A stretch of DNA of 64,000 bases from an uncultured Planctomycetota bacterium. Lineage in GTDB: Bacteria > Planctomycetota > PLA2 > JAEUHO01. The stretch is from NCBI GenBank assembly GCA_963772585.1, contig CAVYXV010000009.1, positions 91,760 through 155,759 of the forward strand. Reading direction: 5' to 3'. The position numbers and the translations under genes are program-made. Shown here one piece after another: positions 1 through 9,755 of the stretch (the stretch's first letter is position 1; each line of letters begins with the position of its first letter). Under the pieces are notes generated by a model. The model was not told the origin of the DNA. It was given only the letters and a program-made list of their open reading frames with translations, and ran no database searches.

Positions 1-62
1 CCGCGGGTTGCGATCGGGGACCGATCCGGTCCTCGAGGCCCGGCGACGGCAAGGCGCACCGG

Positions 63-78
63 GGGAACGGCCGTTGCA
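63..78 (+). promoter_or_regulatory. Putative sigma-54 (-24/-12) promoter
   Basis: GGGAACGGCCGTTGCA fits TGGCACG-N4-TTGCW with exact GG/GC spacing, 70 nt upstream of the ATG at 148. Confidence 0.55.
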
Positions 79-147
79 TTGCGACGGCTCGGAGGGAGCC
101 CGTGCTTCCTCTGCCCGGCGGCGTGCCGGGAGATCGCGAGGGTCACG

Positions 148-2148
148 ATGCGATACCGCGGATCCTGGTTGGCGATCCTGGCTCTGGGTGCCCTGGCGGG
201 TTGCGGGGGCGGGGGCGGCGCGCCGTCGTTCGTACCCAAGCTGCCCGACCTCGCCCAACCGTCGTCCGTCGCCATGACCGTGGGGACGGAGCAACTCACC
301 GTCTCGTGGGAAGCGGTCGAGGGCGCGCAGGGCTACCACGTCTATCTCGCCGGCGCGGCCGGCATCACGGTCGAGGACATCGACACGATGCCCGGCGGTC
401 GCGTCGAGACCGTGACGGACGCCACCGACCTGGCCATCGAGGACCTCGAGCCCGGCACCGCCTGGTGCGCACGGGTGGACGCCTTCGACAAGAAGCGCCA
501 GTCGGTCCTCTCCGAGGAGGTCGCGGGCCTGCTCCCGCCGGCGGCCCCGGCCGGTCTCGCGGCGACCCCCGCGGACGAGGCGATTCGCCTCGAGTGGAGT
601 CCCGCGCCGGGCGCCACGGCCTACGACGTGTACCTCGCGGCGAGTGGGGACCTGGACAGCCAGGCGTGGGCGACGCTGCCCCGGGGGCAGTGCCTCACGG
701 AGGTCTCGAGCCCGTTGGACCTCACCGGGCTCGAGCCCGGCGTCGAGCTGTTCTTCCGCGTGGTCGCACGGAACGACTCCGGCCCAAGCCCCGACTCCGC
801 GCTCGTGTCCGCGATCCCCAAAGCACCGATGATGGTCGGGGACCTCTCGGGCGAGGAGGGCCCGGGCGAGGTGACGATCACCTGGTCGGACGTGTACGAG
901 GGCGCGGTCTACGTCCTCTACATCGCGACCGAGCCGGGCGTCACGAGCGAAAACTGGGAGAGCCTCGAAGGCGGCCGCCGCTACGACCACGCGACCAGCC
1001 CGTTCGTCGTCGCGGATCTCGAGGCCGGCACCACGGTCTACTTCGTCGTGACCGTGATGGAGGACGGCGGCGAGGGACCCGACTCGCCGGAGGTGTGCGC
1101 GACCGCCAACGGGCGGGGCACCTTCTCCGTGGGAGTCGCCGTGTCGGTGGGCACGGAGCCGACCGACCTCGTCGTCGCCGATCTCGATGGGGACGGAGCG
1201 GCGGACGTGGTGACTGCCAACCTGGCGGAGGGGACGATCAGCATCCTCGCCGGCGCGGGCGACGGCACCTTCGACGATGCCGAGACGGTGGCCGTGGGCG
1301 CCGGTCCCTGCTCGATCGAGGCGGGAGACGTGGACGGGGACGGAAACCTCGACCTCGTGGTGTCCCTGGCCGAGGACGGGGCCGTGGTGGTTCTCTCCGG
1401 GGACGGCGCGCTCGGCTTCGAGGAGTCCCTCCGGATCGAGCCGAGCGACCTGCCGGGGCGCATCTGCCTCGCGGACGTCGACGACGACGGCGCGGTCGAT
1501 CTGCTGGTCGGCCTCGCCGGGGGATCGGAGATCGAGGTGTGGATCGGCGATGGCGAGGGCTCGTTCGACCTCATCGACAGCGTGGAGGTCGGGGATCGTC
1601 CCGCGGGGATGGCGCTGGCCGATCTGGACGGGGACGGCGCCCTGGACCTCGTGGTGGCGATCCAGGGAGACAGCAGCGTCGCGGTCCTGACCGGGCAGGG
1701 AGACGGGACCTTCTCGGTCTCGGCCACGATCCAGACGGCTCCGGATCCCGTGGAGGTGGTCGTCTCCGACCTGGACGCGGATGGTGCCCCGGAGATCACG
1801 GTCATCGCGACGGCCGTGGGCTTCGTCGAGTGCTTCACGCCCGACGGGGCGGGCGGCTACGCGAGCCTGATGGCGGCGCCTGCCGGCATGAAGCCGCTCG
1901 GATGCGGCACCGGGGACTTCGACGGCGACGGGAGGGGGGACCTCCTGGTCCTCGACGGCGCCGAAGGGTCGATCGCCGTCCTCAGGGGCGACCCCGTCTA
2001 CGTCCTCAAGACGCGTCAGCGTCTCGACGGCCTCGAGAACCGCGGCGGCCGCGTCTGGGTCCAGGATCTGGACGGCGACGGCCTGCCGGACGCGGCGTAC
2101 GCCAGCGCGACGACGGACACCGTGCAGATTCTCCTCGGGAATCCCTGA
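148..2148 (+). CDS. Lipoprotein with fibronectin type III repeats and FG-GAP/VCBS beta-propeller repeats
   Basis: Lipobox LAGC-GGGGG; three FN3-like units (W..V.GA..Y.VYLA); repeated DLDGDG.xD(L/V)VV motifs. Confidence 0.85.
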   Translation: MRYRGSWLAILALGALAGCGGGGGAPSFVPKLPDLAQPSSVAMTVGTEQLTVSWEAVEGAQGYHVYLAGAAGITVEDIDTMPGGRVETVTDATDLAIEDLEPGTAWCARVDAFDKKRQSVLSEEVAGLLPPAAPAGLAATPADEAIRLEWSPAPGATAYDVYLAASGDLDSQAWATLPRGQCLTEVSSPLDLTGLEPGVELFFRVVARNDSGPSPDSALVSAIPKAPMMVGDLSGEEGPGEVTITWSDVYEGAVYVLYIATEPGVTSENWESLEGGRRYDHATSPFVVADLEAGTTVYFVVTVMEDGGEGPDSPEVCATANGRGTFSVGVAVSVGTEPTDLVVADLDGDGAADVVTANLAEGTISILAGAGDGTFDDAETVAVGAGPCSIEAGDVDGDGNLDLVVSLAEDGAVVVLSGDGALGFEESLRIEPSDLPGRICLADVDDDGAVDLLVGLAGGSEIEVWIGDGEGSFDLIDSVEVGDRPAGMALADLDGDGALDLVVAIQGDSSVAVLTGQGDGTFSVSATIQTAPDPVEVVVSDLDADGAPEITVIATAVGFVECFTPDGAGGYASLMAAPAGMKPLGCGTGDFDGDGRGDLLVLDGAEGSIAVLRGDPVYVLKTRQRLDGLENRGGRVWVQDLDGDGLPDAAYASATTDTVQILLGNP

Positions 2149-2160
2149 GCCCGGGCCCGG

Positions 2161-2745
2161 TCAGAGAGGGTCGTCGGAGGGCTTCGCCAGGGCGAGGAGC
2201 TCGCCGGCGGAGCGCAGCGCGTGCAGGTCGCTCTCCGCGAGAGGATCGGAGCTCAGCGACAGCATCAGCACGAGCACGGCGGCGACCCGGTCGGCCACGA
2301 ACATCGGGAAGGCGAATACGTCGATCACGCCGAGCGTGCGCTGCAGGAAGCTCTCGACGTCCTCACGGTTCTCGAGGTCGAGGGCGCTCAGGCGCTTCTG
2401 CTCGCGGAACACCGCCTGGACCAGTTGCGCCTCCATCGTCTCGCGCCGTGCCCGGTCGAGCGCCCGCATCCGCTTCACGGCGCGGATCGGCTCGGCGGAG
2501 GCGGTCGGCCAGCCGCTCTGATCGGCGTGGATCGAGCAGGTGATGGCCCCGTAGTGGTTCGCGATGGCCGTGCACAGGCGGCCCATGAGGGCGTCGCGAT
2601 CGAGGGACGGGGCCCGGGCGGCGATGCGGAAGAGGGTCTGCAGGAGCACCGGCTGGGGCGGCCGCGGCGCGGGAGGAGGGGGGGCGGCGGCGTTCGGCAT
2701 CTCCGCATCGCCCGTCCGCTCGGCCTGTTCCAGTGCATAGCCCAT
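2161..2745 (-). CDS. Stand-alone GAF-like domain protein
   Basis: C-terminal FAFPMFVADRVAAVLVL...LAESDLHALRSAGELLA resembles a GAF fold end; GGAG upstream of the ATG. Confidence 0.55.
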   Translation of the reverse strand: MGYALEQAERTGDAEMPNAAAPPPPAPRPPQPVLLQTLFRIAARAPSLDRDALMGRLCTAIANHYGAITCSIHADQSGWPTASAEPIRAVKRMRALDRARRETMEAQLVQAVFREQKRLSALDLENREDVESFLQRTLGVIDVFAFPMFVADRVAAVLVLMLSLSSDPLAESDLHALRSAGELLALAKPSDDPL

Positions 2746-2869
2746 GCGTCCGACTCCGACCTTCCCATCGGCCGCGGAGCCGGTCCGGCCGCAACCGAAG
2801 TGTGGGGGTTCTGTTGGGGGCGGGCGCGGGCGCTACCATTCACCCTTCCGGTGCGAAGGGAGGCCGAAC

Positions 2870-3304
2870 ATGCTCGTCGAACGGATCCGGGAGCGGATGG
2901 TCGAGGCCATGAAGGCCCGGGACGCGGCCACCCGGGGGATTCTCAAGGTCGCCCTCGGCGAGATCCAGGCCCGTGCCGTCCGCGACGGGCGCGACCTCAC
3001 GGACGACGAGGCCGTCGCCGTCGTCCGGAAGATCGTGAAGGCCAACGAGGAGTCCATCGCGGCGGCGCCCGACACCGGGACGAAGGAGCGGCTCGGGCGG
3101 GAGAACGAGATCCTGGGGACGCTCGTGCCCCGCACGCTGGACGAGGACGAGACGTCGGCGGCGCTGGGACCCGTCGCCGATGACCTCAGGGCCGCGGCGA
3201 GTGAGGGCCAGGCGACGGGGCTCGCCATGAAGCACCTGAAGGCCCAGGGCGCCTCGGTGGACGGCCGGACCGTCGCCGCCGCCGTGCGCCGCCTCCGAGC
3301 CTGA
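2870..3304 (+). CDS. GatB/YqeY domain protein
   Basis: MLVERIRERMVEAMKARD...LTDDEAVAVVRK...G.AMK pattern; GGGAGG RBS. Confidence 0.85.
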   Translation: MLVERIRERMVEAMKARDAATRGILKVALGEIQARAVRDGRDLTDDEAVAVVRKIVKANEESIAAAPDTGTKERLGRENEILGTLVPRTLDEDETSAALGPVADDLRAAASEGQATGLAMKHLKAQGASVDGRTVAAAVRRLRA

Positions 3305-3349
3305 TCGACGGTATCGTCCGGGGACGCGGACGGCGGCAGGAGGACGGCG

Positions 3350-4990
3350 ATGGCCCACGAGCGGCGGGAGGCGGCGTGGAAGGCCCTCCGGGAGCACCAC
3401 ACGGTGGTCGCGCCGCGACGGGTCCGCGACCTGTTCGGGGAGGATCCGTCCCGCGCGGAGCGGCTGACCTTCGAGGCCTGCGGCCTGCTTCTCGACGCCT
3501 CCAAGCATCGCGTCGTGCCGGAGACGCTCCCTCTCCTGGTGGACCTGGCCGAGGCGTGCGACGTCGAAGGCCGCCGGGACCGGATGTTCGCGGGCGCCGT
3601 CGTCAACGAGACGGAGGGCAGGGCGGCGCTCCACACGGCGTTGAGGAACCGGAGCGAGACCCCGGTGGTCGTGGAGGGTGAGGATGTGATGCCCGCCGTC
3701 CGGGGCGTGCTGGCCCGCATGCGCGCGTTCACGGAGGAGGTGCGCACGGGCGCCTGGCGGGGCTTCACCGGCAAGCGCATCCATGACGTGGTGGCCATCG
3801 GCATCGGCGGCTCGGACCTGGGTCCGGCGATGGCCGCCACCGCGCTCGACCCCTGGCGGGACCCGGCCGTCCGCGGGCACTTCGTCTCGAACCTCGACGG
3901 GGCCCACCTCGAGGGCGTGCTCCGCGATCTGGACCCCGAGACGACGCTCTTCGTCGTCGCGTCGAAGACGTTCTCGACCCAGGAGACGCTGGCCAACGCG
4001 ACGAGCGCCCGGCGCTGGCTCACCGAGGCGCTCGGCGACGGATCCGCCGTCGCGCGTCACTTCGTAGCCGTCTCGACCCACCGGGAGCGGGTCCAGGCAT
4101 TCGGGATCGACCCCGAGAACATGTTCGGATTCTGGGAGTGGGTGGGGGGGCGCTTCTCGCTCTGGTCGGCGATCGGCCTGAGCGTGGCGCTGCTCGTCGG
4201 CATGGACGCGTTCGAGCAGATGCTCGCGGGCGCCCACGAGATGGACGAGCACTTCCGCCTCGCCCCCCTCGACCGTTCCCTTCCCGTCGTGATGGCGTTG
4301 CTCGGCGTGTGGTACACGGACTTCTTCGACACGAAGGCCCACGCGGTGCTCACCTACGACTGGGCCTTGAGGCTCCTTCCGGCGCATCTCCAGCAGCTGG
4401 CGATGGAGAGCAACGGCAAGAGTGTCCGGCGCGACGGCTCCCCCGTGGGTGTTCCGACCTGTCCCGTGGTCTTCGGCGGTCCGGGCAACAACGCGCAGCA
4501 CGCCTACTACCAGCTCCTTCACCAGGGCACCCAACTGGTTCCCTGCGACCTGATCGTGGCCGGCGAGTCCTCGTCGTCCCTGCCGGGCCACCAGCGGGGG
4601 GTGCTGGCGAACGCCCTCGCGCAGGCGGAGGCCTTCATGCGGGGCCGGACCGAGGAGGAGGCCTTCCTGGATCTCGTCTCCGGCGGCGCGACCGAGGAGG
4701 AGGCCCGTCGGCTCGCCCCGCACAAGGCGATGCCGGGCGACCGTCCGACGACCATGCTGCTCTACCGCCGGCTCACGCCGACGACGCTGGGCGCGCTCGT
4801 CGCGCTCTACGAGCACAAGGTCTTCGTCCAGAGCGTGATCTGGGACGTGAATCCCTTCGACCAGTGGGGGGTCGAATTGGGCAAGACCCTGGCCCGCCGA
4901 CTGGAGGGGGAGTTGGGCGGGGGGCACCCCGGCGACCACGACGCCTCCACGCTCGCCCTGATCCGCCGGTTGCGCGCCTGGACCGAGTGA
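3350..4990 (+). CDS. pgi: Glucose-6-phosphate isomerase
   Basis: IGIGGSDLGP, SKTFSTQET, WVGGRFSLWS, MESNGK and FDQWGVELGK motifs. Confidence 0.97.
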   Translation: MAHERREAAWKALREHHTVVAPRRVRDLFGEDPSRAERLTFEACGLLLDASKHRVVPETLPLLVDLAEACDVEGRRDRMFAGAVVNETEGRAALHTALRNRSETPVVVEGEDVMPAVRGVLARMRAFTEEVRTGAWRGFTGKRIHDVVAIGIGGSDLGPAMAATALDPWRDPAVRGHFVSNLDGAHLEGVLRDLDPETTLFVVASKTFSTQETLANATSARRWLTEALGDGSAVARHFVAVSTHRERVQAFGIDPENMFGFWEWVGGRFSLWSAIGLSVALLVGMDAFEQMLAGAHEMDEHFRLAPLDRSLPVVMALLGVWYTDFFDTKAHAVLTYDWALRLLPAHLQQLAMESNGKSVRRDGSPVGVPTCPVVFGGPGNNAQHAYYQLLHQGTQLVPCDLIVAGESSSSLPGHQRGVLANALAQAEAFMRGRTEEEAFLDLVSGGATEEEARRLAPHKAMPGDRPTTMLLYRRLTPTTLGALVALYEHKVFVQSVIWDVNPFDQWGVELGKTLARRLEGELGGGHPGDHDASTLALIRRLRAWTE

Positions 4991-5008
4991 GGGCCGACGC
5001 CAAGGGGG

Positions 5009-7366
5009 TCAATCCGCCTCGTGGTTGCGGTAGGGGCGCTCGGCCTCGGGTCGCTCGGGCGTGAGCGCGATCTCCTCGTCGTGGTGGTGGATCGTGAGCG
5101 CCGGCCCGTGCTCCAGCCGGTAGCGCACGCTCCGGGGATCCATCGCCACACGCAGGAGCGACCCCTTGATCGTCAAGGGAAACCGGATCCGCTGGAAGCG
5201 GAGGGGGCGTCGCGGTTCGAAGCCGATGCGTCCGTTCCAGTCGCGAAGGCCGGCCAGTCCGTACGTGATGACCATCCACGTGCCCCCCATGGAGGCGATG
5301 TGGCAGCCGTCCACCACGTTGCGGCCAAGGTCGCCCAGGTCCATGTGGAGGGCGTACATCGCGTAGCGGTACGCCTTGTCCCGGTCCCCGGTCTCGGCGG
5401 CTCCGACGGCCTGGATCGCCGCGGAGAGGCTGCTGTCGCCCGTGGTGAGCGGATCGTAGAACTCGAAGTTCCGGCGCACCTGATCCCCGTCGAACTCGTG
5501 CGAGAGCAAGAACATCGCCAGCACCACGTCGGCCTGCTTGATGACCTGGTGCCGGTAGATCACCAGGGGGTGGAAGTGCAGCAGGAGCGGGTACTTGTCG
5601 GAAGGGGTGTTCTCGAAGTCCCAGGGCTCGCGCCGGAGAAAGGTCTCGTCCTGGAGGTGGATCCCCTTCTCCTCGTCGTACGGGACGAACATGGCGTCGG
5701 CGGCCTGTCGCCAGCGTTCCAGCTCGGTCTCATGGAGCCGGGTGGCGTGCACGAGGGCCGTGTAGCGCTCCCCCTCGCTCTCCTTCATCGTGGTGACCGT
5801 ATCCACCGCGTACCGGAGGTTCAGCTGCGCCATGAGGTTCGTGTAGGCGTTGTTGTCTACGACCGTGTTGTACTCGTCTGGTCCCGTGACGCCCTGGATG
5901 CAGAACCTACCGTCGTGGCTTGGCGAGTAGAAGCCTAGGTCCTCCCAGAGGCGGGCCGTCTCCACGACGATCTCCGCGCCGTAGTCGTACAGGAACTCCG
6001 TGTCGCCGGTGATGTCGACGTACTTCTTGAGCGCGTAGACGATGTCCGCGTTGATGTGGTACTGGGCGGTTCCCGCCGCGTAGTAGGCGCTGGCCTCCTC
6101 GCCGCTGATCGTGCGCCAGGGGTAGAGGGCACCGCGTTGGTTCACCTCCATGGCCCGTCGCCGCGCGAGGTCGAGTCGTCGGTACCGCCACTTCAGGAGA
6201 TTCCTCGCGATACGCGGCGAGGTGTAGACGAGGAACGGGAAGACGTAGATCTCGATGTCCCAGAAGTAGTGCCCCTCGTAGCCCTGCCCCGTCAGCCCCT
6301 TGGCCGGGACCCCGATCCCCTCCGCGCGACCGGAGGCCTGGAGGACGTGGAAGAGGTTGAATCGCATCGCCTGCTGGGCGGCCGGGTCGCCGCCGATCTC
6401 CACGTCGGCGCGGTTCCAGAAGCGTTCCAGGTAGCGCCGCTGCTCCTCGACGAGATGGGGCGCGCGCTGCTGCATGGCCCGGTCCAACGTCCGCGTAACC
6501 CGCCGCGACAGCTCCTGCGCGGAGGCCGTGCGCGAGACGTGGTAGGAGACGTATTTCACGATGCGGATGGGCACGTCCTTGCGGCCCCCGACCGTGAGCG
6601 TCCACGTCGCTTCGCCCGGCGACGCCTCGACGCCCTCGTTCGCGACGGCGTCCGTCTCGACCTCGTGGTCCGCCCCGCAGGCGATCGTCTGGAGGCTGTT
6701 GGGCGTCTGGTGGACCAGCAGGAGGCGCCGCCCCGAGGCGTCGTGGATCCGGGGATCGAGGACGGGCTCGCTGAAACGGCGGGTCCGGCGCGGATCCTCG
6801 CTCTGGGCGCCCGGTCCGCGCTCGGCCACCAGCGCGGACTCGATGACGATCGGCGCGTCCTCGTTGAGCAGGCGGACCGTGTACTCGATCACGGCGAGGT
6901 GGCGCTGCGAGAACGAGACCATGCGGCGGGAAGAGATTGCCACGCGCTTGCCGGACGCCATCTCCCAAACGAGCGTGCGGTCGAGCGTCCCGCTCCGCAT
7001 GTCGAGCGCCCGCTCGTAGTCGAGGAGGTCGGCACGTGGCAGGGTGAACGCCTCGTCGTCCACGTGGAGGCGGATCTGCGTCGCGTCGGTGACGTTCAGC
7101 ATGGTCTGGCCCGTCCGGGCGAACCCGAAGGCGTCCTCTCCGTGGACGATCGGCCAGGTCTCGAAGAACCCGTTCACGAAGGTGCCGGGCTGGAAGACGG
7201 GCTGGCCTTCCTCGAACGTCCCGCGGATCCCGAAGAAGCCGTTGGCGACGCTGAACAGCGTCTCGTTCTTCGCGATGTCGTGGGGGTAGTAGCGGCGCTC
7301 CACCATGCGCCACGGCTCGGGCGGGTAGATGTACTCGGGGCGTTCTTCGGGCGTGCGCGGGATCAT
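5009..7366 (-). CDS. Glycoside hydrolase family 65 (maltose/trehalose/kojibiose phosphorylase-like)
   Basis: KGLTGQGYEGHYFWD, GALYPWRTI, VTGPDEY, VIKQADV and DSSLS motifs. Confidence 0.93.
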   Translation of the reverse strand: MIPRTPEERPEYIYPPEPWRMVERRYYPHDIAKNETLFSVANGFFGIRGTFEEGQPVFQPGTFVNGFFETWPIVHGEDAFGFARTGQTMLNVTDATQIRLHVDDEAFTLPRADLLDYERALDMRSGTLDRTLVWEMASGKRVAISSRRMVSFSQRHLAVIEYTVRLLNEDAPIVIESALVAERGPGAQSEDPRRTRRFSEPVLDPRIHDASGRRLLLVHQTPNSLQTIACGADHEVETDAVANEGVEASPGEATWTLTVGGRKDVPIRIVKYVSYHVSRTASAQELSRRVTRTLDRAMQQRAPHLVEEQRRYLERFWNRADVEIGGDPAAQQAMRFNLFHVLQASGRAEGIGVPAKGLTGQGYEGHYFWDIEIYVFPFLVYTSPRIARNLLKWRYRRLDLARRRAMEVNQRGALYPWRTISGEEASAYYAAGTAQYHINADIVYALKKYVDITGDTEFLYDYGAEIVVETARLWEDLGFYSPSHDGRFCIQGVTGPDEYNTVVDNNAYTNLMAQLNLRYAVDTVTTMKESEGERYTALVHATRLHETELERWRQAADAMFVPYDEEKGIHLQDETFLRREPWDFENTPSDKYPLLLHFHPLVIYRHQVIKQADVVLAMFLLSHEFDGDQVRRNFEFYDPLTTGDSSLSAAIQAVGAAETGDRDKAYRYAMYALHMDLGDLGRNVVDGCHIASMGGTWMVITYGLAGLRDWNGRIGFEPRRPLRFQRIRFPLTIKGSLLRVAMDPRSVRYRLEHGPALTIHHHDEEIALTPERPEAERPYRNHEAD

Positions 7367-7370
7367 CCAG

Positions 7371-8732
<1,362 letters not shown>

Positions 8733-8944
8733 TTATGCACCCCGCCCGGCGCGGCGGGCGGCGCCGGACGGCCCCGATCTTGCTGGCGTCCGGGCCCCGG
8801 GACACCCGCGCCAAACCCGAAGGGGGTCCCGTTCGTTCCCATCCGTGGAGGCGGCCGCCCGGCGGTGCCTCCACCGCGCCCCGTCCCCGGCCTTCGTCTC
8901 CTGCCGTTCCGGTGGGAGGATGGGGGGCCGCACCGGAGACCTCG

Positions 8945-9124
8945 ATGCCTCGCCCCTCCCCCAACCCGCGCCTCCGCCGCGAAGTCCTCGCCTTCGTCCT
9001 CGCCGGCATCCTCGCGCTCGTGATCGTCCTCGTCCTGGGAGGCGGCCGGGGAGCGGGCGACGGGCAGGGCGCAGGGACCCCCGTGGGCACGCCGCCCCCG
9101 GCGGAGCACGGCGTGCAGCCGTAG
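8945..9124 (+). CDS. Small single-pass membrane protein (59 aa)
   Basis: GGAG RBS; hydrophobic run VLAFVLAGILALVIVLVLG preceded by basic residues. Confidence 0.5.
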   Translation: MPRPSPNPRLRREVLAFVLAGILALVIVLVLGGGRGAGDGQGAGTPVGTPPPAEHGVQP

Positions 9125-9146
9125 CCGTGCGGGACCGGACGCTCGC

Positions 9147-9389
9147 CTGCACGACCCGCGAACGGGCGTCGAATCGCGCGGCCCAAGTGTCCGGGGTCGG
9201 GAGGACTCCAAGGAGGCGGGACCGGCGGGATCGGCGGGCGCGAGGGATCCCGCATGGCGATTCGGTCGTCCGCCCCTCGCGTCCGATGCCGGCGTTGCTC
9301 GTCGTCGGCGACCCTGAGGGCGCGCCTTCTCCTCGCGCCTCGGCCTCGGACCCGAGTAGCGCACCAGGACACCCCGTGGACGGGGAACG
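9147..9389 (-). repeat. Copy A of a ~240 bp imperfect-palindromic intergenic repeat (REP/MITE-like)
   Basis: Its reverse complement aligns along its whole length with 42261-42494, including the identical block GGGTCGCCGACGACGAGCAACGCCGGCATCGGACGCGAG. Confidence 0.9.
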
Positions 9390-9414
9390 AAACCCGCATC
9401 GCCCTGTCGCTCCT

Positions 9415-9692
9415 TGACGGGCCACGACGTCCGGGCGGCGACCCCGCCACCGTCGCCGGAGGTCGCCTCGCGCCGGCAGCCCCAACCGCAGGGCGAGATA
9501 GAAGAGGGGAGGCACGCTCGCGACGAGGTGTTCGCTCTGAGGCACCGCTCCGCCGCTCTCGTGCGGTTGGCGGGGCCGCACGACCTCGACGGCGTGGCCG
9601 CGTCCGGCGAGACCCGACGCGAGGCGCTCCAGCGTCGTGGCGACGCCGTTGATCTCGGGGGGATAGGTCTCGGTGACGAGGCTGAGTCGCAC
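9415..9692 (-). pseudogene. Truncated family 4 glycosyltransferase (N-terminal fragment)
   Basis: MRLSLVTETYPPEINGVATTL..L..RGHAVEVVRP...RPDVV is a typical GT4 N-terminus; similarity stops right at the repeat. Confidence 0.8.
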
Positions 9693-9755
9693 GCGGGGGC
9701 TCTACCCCGCCGGATCGGCCGCGTCGGCGCGCGGCGAAGGGGGTTCGTCGACACT

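Noticed and set aside
1-147. Riboswitch in the 5' leader (also considered upstream of queC and folE)
   Set aside because: GC-rich hairpins are possible, but no c-di-GMP, preQ1 or other aptamer consensus was recognisable by eye; an Rfam/Infernal scan would settle it
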